Origin: Macrostomum lignano
Taxonomy: Eukaryota
Assembly (NCBI GenBank): GCA_002269645.1
Contig: NIVC01001383.1
Coordinates: 51,160-115,159 of the forward strand
Direction of reading: 5' to 3'
Length of the DNA: 64,000 nucleotides
Under the pieces are notes generated by a model. That model did not search any database. It saw only the letters and a list, made by a program, of their open reading frames with translations, and was not told the origin of the DNA. Positions 49,368-61,165 of this stretch are shown piece after piece. Positions within the stretch are counted from its first letter, which is position 1; each line of letters starts with the position of its first letter. The translations under genes were made by a program, and so were the position numbers.

Positions 49368-50084
49368 GATAGTTTGTCTATGGTACAAATGTCGATGATA
49401 TTTTAGGCTTCTCATTCAATAGTTTGTCTATGGTACAAATGTCGATGATATTTTAGGCTTCTCATTCGGTAGTTTGTCTATGGTACAAATGTCGATGATA
49501 TTGTAGGCTTCTCATTCAATAGTTTGTCTATGGTACAAATATCGATGATATTGTAGACTTCTCATTCAATAGTTTGTCTATGGTACAAATGTCGATGATA
49601 TTGTAGGCTTCTCATTCAATAGTTTGTCTATGGTACAAATGTCGATGATATTTTAGGCTTCTCATTCAATAGTTTGTCTATGGTACAAATGTCGATGATA
49701 TTGTAGGCTTCTCATTCAATAGTTTGTCTATGGTACAAATATCGATGATATTGTAGACTTCTCATTCAATAGTTTGTCTATGGTACAAATGTCGATGATA
49801 TTGTAGGCTTCTCATTCAATAGTTTGTCTATGGTACAAATGTCGATGATATTGTAGGCTTCTCATTCGATAGTTTGTCTATGGTACAAATGTCGATGATA
49901 TTGTAGGCTTCTCATTCAATAGTTTGTCTATGGTACAAATGTCGATGATATTGTGGGCTTCTCATTCGATAGTTTGTCTATGGTACAAATGTCGATGATA
50001 TTGTAGGCTTCTCATTCGGTAGTTTGTCTATGGTACAAATTTCGATGATATTGTAGGCTTCTCATTCGATAGTTTGTCTATGGT
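49368..50084. repeat. 50-bp tandem repeat, ~14 copies
   Basis: TGGTACAAAT recurs every 50 nt from 49381. Confidence 0.95.
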
Positions 50085-50569
50085 AGTTGCAAATATTGTT
50101 TCTGATGTTCGAACAAATTGTTTAAGCAAATTATGCTCAGTATATCGGTTAGAAGTTTTGCATTTTAGTAGCATAAATATTATCCATTTTACTTATTTAA
50201 ATACGTCAACTAAGTCCTTATCCTACTGTAAGTAGTACTTGAAAACGTGTGTATTCAGAACTGTAAGTTAACAAAACATTTACCTAGGATTCGAATGTAA
50301 AAAAACCAGTTAGTTGGTTTTGAGTTTTAATTTTCAAAAGTAATTGGACTTTATATATTTTTATTTCCTCATTTATGCCTTTTTGTCTTGCAATAAAGTT
50401 CATTAACTAATTTTGGTCGAAATACACGCTAAAATGTTTGTTTGTTTCTTAAGTATTGACTTCTTTCTGTTTATTTGAATATTTTTTGTATTTATAAATA
50501 AGCCAAGGCTTCATCCGCACTACTCACAGTATTATTTGAGTAGTATTATTTGCAACTTCCAGCCCAACC

Positions 50570-51118
50570 ATGCGCAAGCTACGCTTTCACGAGAAGAAAC
50601 TATTAAAAAAAGTCGACCTAGTTAATTGGTCGTCCGATCACAATTTGCGCGAAGTGAAAATGATGCGAAAATATCGTTTAAAATCGCGCGAAGAGCTCAC
50701 TCTGTATAACAAATTGTCGCGCGAGGTTCGCGATATTGCTAGGAAAATTCGTGACTTACCAGAATCTGATGCGTTTCGAGAGGAAGCCACCCGACTGTTG
50801 CTGGGCCGGTTGCACGCGCTTGGCATTGTGCCAACTAGGCGGAACCTGCTTCTGGCCGACAAAGTCACCACCACCACGTTCTGCCGGCGCCGCCTATCAG
50901 CCGTGATGGTCCGGTGTCACATGGCCGAGACTGTGAAAGCTGCCGTCACTTTTGTTGAGGCCGGTCACGTTCGGGTTGGTCCGCAGGTGGTCACCGATCC
51001 GGGATTTCTGGTGTCACGCTCGATGGAGGACTATGTTACCTGGACTAATCAGTCAGCGATTCGGCGGCGCGTGCTCGAGTACAATGAGGCTATGGACGAT
51101 TACGACTTTAGGAATTAG
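50570..51118 (+). CDS. IMP3: U3 small nucleolar ribonucleoprotein IMP3, 182 aa, intronless
   Basis: MRKLRFHEKKLLKKVD N-terminus, FCRRRL, S4 domain GHVRVGPQVVTDPGFLVSRSMEDYVTW and YNEAMDDYD. Confidence 0.96.
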   Translation: MRKLRFHEKKLLKKVDLVNWSSDHNLREVKMMRKYRLKSREELTLYNKLSREVRDIARKIRDLPESDAFREEATRLLLGRLHALGIVPTRRNLLLADKVTTTTFCRRRLSAVMVRCHMAETVKAAVTFVEAGHVRVGPQVVTDPGFLVSRSMEDYVTWTNQSAIRRRVLEYNEAMDDYDFRN

Positions 51119-51509
51119 GCTGTGTTTCACAATTTACGGTATATAATTACCGATTATCAGTGGAGGCATACCTGATGCTAATTAGGCTACTGGCAATTAT
51201 CAGTGAAAGACTTTTATCACGTTTAAAATCAGAATCGTGTCAGTACTATATGCTCGTAATTGTAAACTTCACCTAAATATAATTGAACTTTGGCATTTTT
51301 GTACCTGTTTACTAATGCTGCTGTTTTCAAGCTTTCTGGATGTAATAAATTATGTAATGTACATTTTTATGGCACAGCGGCAAACATTGTGCATCTGCCA
51401 TAATTGATTATTGATACTCTATTGGATTTTTTGATTTGGCTATTTCATTAAAGCTTTCATAAACAAAGTTACTATTCAGGGTATAAAGTGGCTCAATACC
51501 CACTAGATC

Positions 51510-51835
51510 AATGAACCACTGAATCGAGTCCTGTATAACCCACTGAATCGAGACCTGTATGACCCACTGAATCGAGACCTGTATAACCCACTGAATCGAG
51601 ACCTGTATAACCCACTGAATCGAGACCTGTATAACCCACTGAATCGAGACCTGTATGACCCACTGAATCGAGACCTGTATAACCCACTGAGTCGAGACCT
51701 GTATGACCCACTGAATCGAGACCTGTATAACCCACTGAATCGAGTCCTATATGACCCACTGAATCGAGACCTGTATGACCCACTGAATCGAGTCCTATAT
51801 GACCCACTGAATCAAGTCCTGTATGACCCACTCTA
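51510..51835. repeat. 24-bp tandem repeat (ACCCACTGAATCGAGACCTGTATA)n
   Basis: About 13 direct copies. Confidence 0.93.
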
Positions 51836-51953
51836 TGCTCATATAGCAAACAGTGGGTACCCACTGTTGCCTTCCACCCCATAAAGCTCATAGTCAAGTG
51901 ATAAAAGTACATGCTCATAGTCAAGTGTAATAAAAGTACGTGCCAACCTTCAG

Positions 51954-54900
51954 GATCGTCAGCAGCGCAGATTGAAACGAGCGCAGCAGCAAATGCGCGG
52001 CGCTTTCGACGAAGTTTGGCGACAATTGGCGAACTATCTGGATCCGCTGATGCGCGAGACTGGCGACGCCCTGCTGCTACGTCGGCTGCGTCGGCACTAC
52101 GACCAGGCAGCCGCGGCCGCCTCGGCCAAGTCGCGCGCTCCGCTTTCTGCCCAGAATCGGCCAGAGAGCTGGTCGATCAGCTGATTGTTGATGCCAACCG
52201 GCAGAGCGGCAATCTGTATCGGCTGGTCGCGATTTTAGATGCCAAGCTGGAAGAGTTGGCGGCAGCGGAGGCCGTTAGCAGCAGTGCGACAGACCTGTGT
52301 AATCTTTATAATATGTTGTTTAATGCAGTTACGCATCACTGACGACATCGTCCTACAACCAGCGCACTTAAGCAGTTACGCCCATTCCGCTGACTCCTAA
52401 ACACACAAGCGCGCCAATACTGTACGCAGACACGCTCACACAGGGTGTACAGCGGTTCTGACTTTCTAATCCCTTGGGTTTGGCCCTCATGGGTTATGAA
52501 TCGCACAACAACCGCCTGGCCAATTTTCGTACACAAGCCGCAGATGAATGTGTTTGTGCACGGAATCGCATCGGGGGTCTGTGGTGCGCGAGCCAGACGC
52601 GTTTACCGCTGAGCTGTTCTGGCCCCTGTCACTGCTGGTAGCTTTGAAATGCATCTAAGCAAGGCACGATTTTTTAGGTCCTAGGTTTGAATTTGCCTGG
52701 GGCTTGTCGTGCGATCTCGTGACACATGATCGGGGCGAACCCCCAAGGCTTAAAAGGTTTAAAAAGTATTTAAGTCTTTAAAGTTGTAACAATCGCCTCT
52801 GGCTTTCTACAAGCAGATCCATTAAGTTAGCATCTTCATCATCGTGTGCATAGCAAGCAAAAGAGAAAACGGGAAACAGTTGGGCTTTCCTCTTGCCCGT
52901 TTTCGTCTGTATGACTTTGACCTCTCTCCTTACTGCTCTCTCATTGGCTGAGCCAGCTTGGGGCCAGGCTGAGTTTCGTCCGTATGACTTTGACCTCTCT
53001 CCTTACTGCTCTCTCATTGGCTGAGCCAGCTTAGGGCCAGGCTGAGTTTCGTCCGTATGACTTTGACCTCTCTCCTTACTGCTCTTTAATTGGCTGAGCT
53101 AGCTTGGGCCTGCCCCCTAGGCTGTGTTTCGTCCGTCTGACTTTGACCTCTCTCCTAAGACTGAGTGTGTTTCCCCCCACCCCAGGCTGTCTTACATTCA
53201 CTTGTATACATCGCGTTAAATTCTTGTTGTTCATTCTTAACCCCGTACGAGTATGTTCCTGAGGCCGCAAACCCCGACCCCGAGGAAGGAAAAGAAATGT
53301 TTGCTGCCATAGTAAATTTAAGTGACACTGCGCAGACAAACTACTGAAAAAGAGTAGACGCTCTACTTTTTCACAACTGATTGTGAGTGACACATTTAGT
53401 GACTCTTGTTTCTGTGATATAAAGATCAAACTGATTTGCTTTCTTGAATTCAGGCGGTGAGCTGGAAGCTGCAGCTGACGATAGTGAGTCTGACCATTCA
53501 CCGCCACCGGCCAAGACACCTTCGCCGCAACGACAGCCTCGTCGGGTTGTGCCATCGCGGTTATCATCGCTGGTGCCAACGTCGACGTCAGCAGCGACTT
53601 CCTCAGCAGCCGCTCCAGCGGTGTCGGCCAGCGACTTTAACAACGTTGGCGCCAACAACGGCGACGACAATCTGGCTGAGCCGGCCAGGTCGATGGCGCG
53701 CACCCTGCAAGACTGCCTGGCCCGTCTGCTGGCCAAGATTCGCCGGCTAGAGCGACAGGAGCTCAGCCTGGACGATCTGGATAACTCTGACAGCGCCTAT
53801 TTACGCGCCGAACGACTTCAACGACAGGCCTGCGATGTGTACAGGCGACTGTGCCGGGTGCGCAACGCTCCCAGCGTTGACCAGTTCAACTACAGATGCC
53901 ATCATCACCCGCAGATTGGCCTGCTAATCTGTCGCTACGTCAATCGACGTGGCCGATTCCCCGACATGCACAAAGTGTCTAAAGTTGTTGCCTGGGTTAA
54001 CCAACGGTTCAGGCTGGGCTGGTCGAAGCCTCTGGTGGCGCAGAGATCCGAGCAGATATTTCGAGATGTTGGCGAACAGCTGCAGCAGCGGCGATGGCGC
54101 CAGCTGAGACAGAATCTGGGACTGGACGAGATGGACGGGTGAGCGCCATTTTGTGGAGTAGCGATGGACTGTTGTGATGGTGCACGGTATTAATTCTGAT
54201 CATCTTTTTTCTATTCACTGATTTCCCTAATCAACACGTTTCCCAATTCACTCCTCCCCATTCACTCCTCCCCATTCACTTCTCCCCATTCACTCCTCCC
54301 AATTCACTCCTCCCCATTCACTCCTCCCCATTCACTCCTCCCAATTCACTCCTCCAATTCACTCCTCCAATTCACTCCTCCCCATTCACTCCTCCAATTC
54401 ACTCCTCCAATTCACTCCTCCCCATTTGCTCCTCTCCATTCACTCCTCCCAATTCACTCCTCCCCATTCACTACTCCAATTCACTACTCCAATTCACTCC
54501 TCCAATTCACTCCTCCCCATTCACTCCTCCAATTCACTCCTCCGATTCACTCCTCCCCATTTGCTCCTCTCCATTCACTCCTCCAATTCACTCCTCCGAT
54601 TCACTCCTCCAATTCACTCCTCCGATTCACTCCTCCCCATTTGCTCCTCTCCATTCACTCCTCCCAGTTCACTCCTCCCAGTTCACTCCTCCCCATTCAC
54701 TCCTCCCCATTCACTCCTCCCAATTCACTCCTCCAATTCACTCCTCCGATTCACTCCACCCCATTCACTCCTCCAATTGACTCCTCCCCATTCACTCCTC
54801 CCAATTCACTCCTCCCCATTCATTCCTCCAATTCACTCCTCCCCATTCACTCCTCCAATTCACTCCTCCCCATTCACTCCTCCCAATTCACTCCTCCCCA

Positions 54901-57679
54901 TTCACTCCTCCCAATTCACTCCTCCCCATTCACTCCTCCAATTCACTCCTCCAATTCACTCCTCCCCATTCACTCTTCCAATTCACTCCTCCAATTCACT
55001 CCTCCAATTCACTCCTCCCCATTCACTCTTCCAATTCACTCCTCCAATTCACTCCTCCGATTCACTCCTCCGATTCACTCCTCCAATTCACTCCTCCCCA
55101 TTTGCTCCTCTCCATTCACTCCTCCAATTCACTCCTCCGATTCACTCCTCCAATTCACTCCTCCCAGTTCACTCCTCCCAGTTCACTCCTCCCCATTCAC
55201 TCCTCCCCATTCACTCCTCCCAATTCACTCCTCCAATTCACTCCTCCGATTCACTCCACCCCATTCACTCCTCCAATTGACTCCTCCCCATTCACTCCTC
55301 CCAATTCACTCCTCCCCATTCATTCCTCCAATTCACTCCTCCCCATTCACTCCTCCCAATTCACTCCTCCCCATTCACTCCTCCAATTCACTCCTTCCCA
55401 TTCACTCCTCCCCATTTGCTCCTCTCCATTCACTTTTTTATTCACTCTCCATTTACTCCTTTTCCATTCCTTTTACCTCTCAATCATCCTGTCCACTCCC
55501 TCATTCACATAAATTTGCGCTCACTCATTCACGTCATTCACACTAATTCCTCCAATTCACTCCTCCGATTCACTCCTCCCCATTTGCTCCTCTCCATTCA
55601 CTCCTCCAATTCACTCCTCCGATTCACTCCTCCAATTCACTCCTCCGATTCACTCCTCCCCATTTGCTCCTCTCCATTCACTCCTCCCAGTTCACTCCTC
55701 CCAGTTCACTCCCCCCATTCACTCCTCCCCATTCACTCCTCCCAATTCACTCCTCCAATTCACTCCTCCGATTCACTCCACCCCATTCACTCCTCCAATT
55801 GACTCCTCCCCATTCACTCCTCCCAATTCACTCCTCCCCATTCATTCCTCCAATTCACTCCTCCCCATTCACTCCTCCCAATTCACTCCTCCCCATTCAC
55901 TCCTCCCCATTTGCTCCTCTCCATTCACTTTTTTATTCACTCTCCATTTACTCCTTTTCCATTCCTTTTACCTCTCAATCATCCTGTCCACTCCCTCATT
56001 CACATAAATTTGCGCTCACTCATTTACGTCATTCACACTAATATTACTAGTCTCTAGTTCTACCAGCTGATCAGCAGCTTCAATTCGAAAAAGCGCAGCA
56101 CTTCCCTCCTGATCCCAATCCGCCAGGCAGTCCCAGGCCGCCGACCCGGCCGATTCGAGTCCCCGCCTGCGGCGCCAGCTGGACGCCAGCCAGGCCGCCG
56201 GCGCCGCACGCCTAGCGGAGGTGATGCGCAGCTTCGCCTCGATGCCCGAACGGCCAGGCGGCCTGGTGGCGGATTCTGGCAGCGAGCCCTCTTCGGATGA
56301 AGAGGCGATGGAGGACGACAGGGACAATTTTGGTTTAGAAGCAGACCAGGACCAAGACCAGTGTCAGGGCGAGCAGCACGATGATGACGAAAAAAGCAAC
56401 GCCGACGAGGAGGTCGAGAGCGCCAACGTCGACGACGCCGACGCAGCCTCGTCAGAGCCGAAAGCCGAGCCGGGCGGCGATGATCTCGAAATCGAGCCGG
56501 AAGTCGAGACGGAAACGGCGCCGCTAGACTCCGTAGCCAAAATTGGCCCGTCGGGAGCCACCACGGGCACTTTGTCGCCGCCATTTCAACAACAACAGCA
56601 GCAGCCCTGGCCGATGTCGTCGTCGTCGTCTTTAGCCGAAGGCGACGACGCTTTGAACGAGACGGCCGGTCAGCTGGCTGCCGCTGTGCGCCGATTCGCC
56701 GCCGCCGCCGCCAGGCCGAAGTCGACTGTTGGCCGGATTCGGCGCGAATTCAACCGATCGACCAGCGATCGGCTGAGCGTCCGGGTCTGGAGCATTCGCG
56801 TCGGAATCTGCAGCCGTTGCTAACCGAAGAACGGCCGTTGCTAACCGCGGAAGGGACGTCAAGCGCAACAAAACCGTTGTCAAGCTTAACAAAACCGTTG
56901 CCAAGCGCAACAAACCCGTTGCCAAGCTCAGAAGGGACGTTGTCAAGCGCGGAAGGGACGTTTTCAAGCTCAACAAAACCGTTGCCAAGCGCCACACAGC
57001 CGTTTTTAAGCTCAACAAAACCGTTGCCAAGCGCCACACAGCCGTTTTCAAGCTCAGCAAAACCGTTTCCAAGCGCAAAAAACCCGTTGCCAAGCTCAGA
57101 AGGGACGTTGTCAAGCGCGGAAGGGACGTTTTCAAGCTCAACAAAACCGTTGCGAAGCGCAACAAACCGTTGCTAATGGCGACAAAGCCGTTGCCAAGCG
57201 CTACAACAGCCGTTTTTAAGCTCAGCACGGCCGTTGACAAGTGCAACAAAGCCATTGCTAAGCGCGACAAAGCCGTTGCCAAGCACAGCACAGCGGTTGC
57301 GAAGCGCGCCACAACAGCCATGTCAAAAACGACCCCGTCTCGGACAGGCAATGTCACTTCGTAGGCCAACAGTGTCAGCTAGTGGTCAAGCAATGTCATC
57401 TAACAGCCAAGCAATGTCAATTCGAGTCTAAAACCGCCAACTGTGGGCCAGCCGATTTCTAACCGCGGCCAGCCGATGCCAAGCCAGCGACGCCAACAGC
57501 AGCCGCCACCACCGCCGCCGATCCTGTCTGGCCCGACGATTTCGTCAGCAACTCCAGGTTCAGCGCAGCAGCAGGGGCAGGGGCACTTGGTTAGCGAGCG
57601 TCGTCGTCGCCATCTAGCGGACGCAGTTCGCCGAGCTGTCGCCGACCTGCCGCAGCCGGAGGTGATTATCATCGACTAA
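51954..57679 (+). CDS. DAXX: Death domain-associated protein DAXX with several apparent frameshifts; exons ~51954..52298, 53454..54138, 56127..57679
   Basis: Histone-binding domain LLAKIRRLERQELSLDDLDNSDSAYL..FPD..IFRDVGEQLQQRR, then DPADSSPRLRRQL..RLAEV, an acidic tract and a terminal SIM (PEVIIID*). Frame breaks near 52135, in 56560-56817, and near 57165, 57205 and 57420. The exon 1 boundaries are less certain. Confidence 0.75.
52330..52627 (-). mobile_element. Possible degenerate tRNA-derived SINE in DAXX intron 1
   Basis: The minus strand reads GGGGCCAGAACAGCTCAGCGGTAAACGCGTCTGGCTCGCGCACCACAGACCCCCGATGCGATTCC, with a box A-like motif and a weak box B. The 3' extent is uncertain. Confidence 0.4.
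52900..53160. repeat. 73-bp tandem repeat, ~3.5 copies
   Basis: ATGACTTTGACC at 52911, 52984 and 53057, with a variant near 53137. Confidence 0.9.
54240..56042. repeat. Complex C/T-rich array (TTCACTCCTCCCCA-type) with higher-order duplications, DAXX intron 2
   Basis: 13-15-bp units; a unique ~125-bp segment occurs twice, 495 bp apart. Confidence 0.93.
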
Positions 57680-57777
57680 GAGCAGCTCGGCTTTTAGTCT
57701 AAAAAACTCTTCGCCAAAGTATAATATTTACTGCCAGAGCACGATTCCGGATTTTTCCCGGAGTGAGGTCAGTTGAC

Positions 57778-58240
57778 CACCTTGACCTCCTGACCCTCTT
57801 AACCACCTTAACCTTGACTCCCTTGACTTCCTTGAACCCATTGACCTCCTTGGCCCCTTAGCCTCCTTGACTTTGACCTCTTTGACCGCTCTGACCCCAT
57901 TGATCTCCTTGACCTCTTGACCCCCCTTAACCCCTCGACCTTGACTCCCTCGACTTTTTTGAACTCCTTGACCTCCTTGCCCCCTTTAGCCTCCTTGACC
58001 TTGACCTCATTGGCCTCTTTGACTTCTCTGATCCCCTTGACCTCCTTGAGCCCCTTGACCTCCTTGAGCCCCTTGACCTCCTTGAGCCCCTTGACCTCCT
58101 TGACCTCTCTGACCTCATTGATCTCTTTGACTCTCTGACCCCTTGACCTCCTTGAGCCCCTTGACCTCCTTGAGCCCCTTGACCTCCTTGACCTCTCTGA
58201 CCTCTTTGACCTCCTTGGCGTCCTTGACTTCTTTGACTTT
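57778..58240. repeat. Degenerate 9/18-bp repeat (CTTGACCTC / CTTGAGCCC)
   Basis: Direct periodicity; explains ORFs in 57808..58309. Confidence 0.85.
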
Positions 58241-58599
58241 GATCTGTCGCTGTCCACGAAACTGCCTGTTATGTAATTTTTTTCGTATGTGGGGGTCATA
58301 GGCCCCCATATTCGTAACTTAGAGGGTCAGCTGACCTCCTTGATCCCTTTCTGGATCCGCTACTGTTTATTGTAGGTCTGTAGCTATAACTACATTGTTT
58401 TTATGCTCAGTATTTAGTTCAGCTATACTACTGTCTGTGGTTCCGTGTGCTCTTATATCTAAGTCTGTTATTGCTTTATAAAATTTTAATAATTTTGTAA
58501 CCTGTAACGTTACTGCTCATATTGGGGTCGCTTCTGGGAGTCTAGTGACCTACAAACTGTATCATGGAGCGAGTCTATATATCTAATCTTGACCACAAC

Positions 58600-59290
58600 T
58601 ACCCATCAGAGTGACCCTATACCCATCAGAGTGACCCTATACCCATCAGAGTGACCCTATACCCATCAGAGTGACCCTATACCCATCAGAGTGACCCTAT
58701 ACCCATCAGAGTGACCCTATACCCATCAGAGTGACCCTATACCATCAGAGTGACCCTATACCCATCAGAGTGACCCTATACCCATCAGAGTGACCACAAC
58801 TACCCATCAGAGTGACACAACTACCCATCAGAGTGACCACAACTACCCATCAGATGACCACAAACTAATCAGAGTGACCTATACCATCAGATCTATACCC
58901 ATCAGAGTGACCCTATACCCATCAGAGTGATCCTATACCCATCAGAGTGACCCTATACCCATCAGAGTGATCCTATACCCATCAGAGTGACCCAAACCCA
59001 TCAGAGTGACCCTATACCCATCAGGGTGACCCTATACCCATCAGAGTGACTCTATACCCATCAGAGTGACCCTATACCCATCAGAGTGACCCCATACCCA
59101 TCAGAGTGACCCTATACCCATCAGAGTGACCCCATACCCATGAGAGAGACCCATACCCATGAGATGACCCTATACCCATCAGAGTGACCCTATACCCATC
59201 AGAGTGACCCCAACCCATTAGAGTATGCCAACCCTAGCAGTACCAAGCTTTCCGCGTCTGAGTGACCCTGGACCCCTATCAGAGTGGCGC
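58600..59290. repeat. 20-bp minisatellite (ACCCATCAGAGTGACCCTAT)n
   Basis: Direct periodicity with scattered single-base indels. Confidence 0.95.
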
Positions 59291-59747
59291 CACAGCAATT
59301 TGCATTCTTCCAAAACAGTGTATCGTAATTATTCTTTTTTCTACGAATTCGATCATTTAGATAATTTTACACTGGGTCTTCGCAATTGCTTATCAATATT
59401 TGAGTTGGGCGCGCATTTCGACATTCGATTTAAATTTTCAATGTTTTTAAAAATCTAGATTAATATTAATTTCTATTCTGTTTGTCCTATTCAGGTTCAA
59501 TGTGCGATTTCATCCTGTCTCTACACTCAGCTTGGCAACATACTCGTATATACAAAATGTTACTTATATTAGTATTATGGATACTTCATATATGTGCTAC
59601 GAATTTGTTTTATAGTACTCGTCTGTTTACCGTTGCATCTTGTGGCGTTTGGCACATTATATGCTGTAAATTCTGTAATTATGTTCTAATCTGATTAACT
59701 AAAATTATACTTACTAGCGATTGTTTTATTTGGGGTAGGTCCTTAAA

Positions 59748-60308
59748 TCTGCCTCTCCGCTGCCTCAGAGACCTTGAATCTGCCTCTCCGCTGCCTCAGA
59801 GTCCTTGAATCTGCCTCTCCGCTGCCTCAGAGTCCTTGAATCTGCCTCTCCGCTGCCTCAGAGTCCTTGAATCTGCCTCTCCGCTGCCTCAGAGTCCTTG
59901 AATCTGCCTCTCCGCTGCCTCAGAGTCCTTGAATCTGCCTCTCCGCTGCCTCAGAGTCCTTGAATCTGCCTCTCCGCTGCCTCAGAGTCCTTGAATCTGC
60001 CTCTCGCTGCCTCAGAGACCTTAAATCCGCCTCTCCGCTGCCTCAGAGACCTTGAATCTGCCTCTCCGCTGCCTCAGAGTCCTTGAATCTGCCTCTCCGC
60101 TGCCTCAGAGTCCTTGAATCTGCCTCTCCGCTGAGAGAGATCTGCCTCTCCGCTGCCTCAGAGACCTTAAATCCGCCTCTCCGCTGCCTCAGAGACCTTG
60201 AATCTGCCTCTCCGCTGCCTCAGAGACCTTAAATCCGCCTCCGCTGCCTCAGAGTCCTTGAATCTGCCTCCCGCTGCCCCAGAGTCCTTGAATCTGCCTC
60301 TCCGCTGC
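59748..60308. repeat. 31-bp minisatellite (AATCTGCCTCTCCGCTGCCTCAGAGTCCTTG)n
   Basis: Direct periodicity. Confidence 0.95.
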
Positions 60309-60949
60309 TCAGTCTCCTGGTGAATTGCAGAAAAGTTGCCATGAATTGACCGAAGCTTATTAATAATGCATAGCAGCTGATCACACGTGTACGCAGCTCA
60401 GTTCCACAGGTTTCTCTCATTTCTAATGCGCCTAAACTTACTGGCTTGCTGTTCACGAAAGCTAATTAAATTGTTGTCAATGGCCCTTGAGCGGCAGATC
60501 TGCATAGCTGGAGCTGCACTAAAAAAGTTTTACTCCGCATTCCGATACGGCAGAGTCTACAGTAGCAAGCCTCATACAGACTTCATCTATGCGGGAAATT
60601 ATTCTGCCTTCCTGATGAATGATGCCTAATACGAGGCTCATGCCATGTTTTATCAAACTCAGTCTACGGCTTTTACTATGCTCTAATGGCTCTTCTGCCC
60701 CCCACTGCACTGCACTCACCAATAGTCATTATTAGACCCAGTGAGTCGTGCTTAAAATAAATTTTTGCTGAAGCGAAACTTGGAACTTTCTACGAGCAAC
60801 GAAACATGCGGGCGCTCGGTTTACATGCATCCGCATCCAGTTCCCCCAGATGACTAATCTCATTAAATACCTGCTTCATTATATTATCCTTTTTGTTTGC
60901 CTCCATCTTGGACTATCATTATCACTTCCCTTTTCTACCCTGGAGCGTG

Positions 60950-61165
60950 GAGTCTGGCTCTTATTCTCAGGGTGAGATCTAGAGCAGCATGAAGTCTGAC
61001 TCTATTCTTAGGGGATCTAGAGCAGCATGAAGTCTGACTCTATTCTCAGGGTGAGATCTAGAGCAGCATAAAGTTTGACTCTATTCTCAGGGTGAGATTT
61101 AGAGCAGCATGAAGTCTGACTTTATTCTCAGGGTGAGATCTAGAGCAGCATAAAGTCTGACTTTA
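60950..61165. repeat. 41-bp tandem repeat, ~5 copies
   Basis: TCTGACTCTATTCTCAGGGTGAGATCTAGAGCAGCATGAAG units. Confidence 0.88.

Noticed and set aside
60320-60432. Minus-strand peptide ETCGTELRTRVISCYALLISFGQFMA resembling the MFS/sugar-transporter E-x4-R motif
   Set aside because: Only about 30 residues, no donor before the frame runs into the 31-bp array, and no other MFS segments found. A profile search would be needed to revive it.
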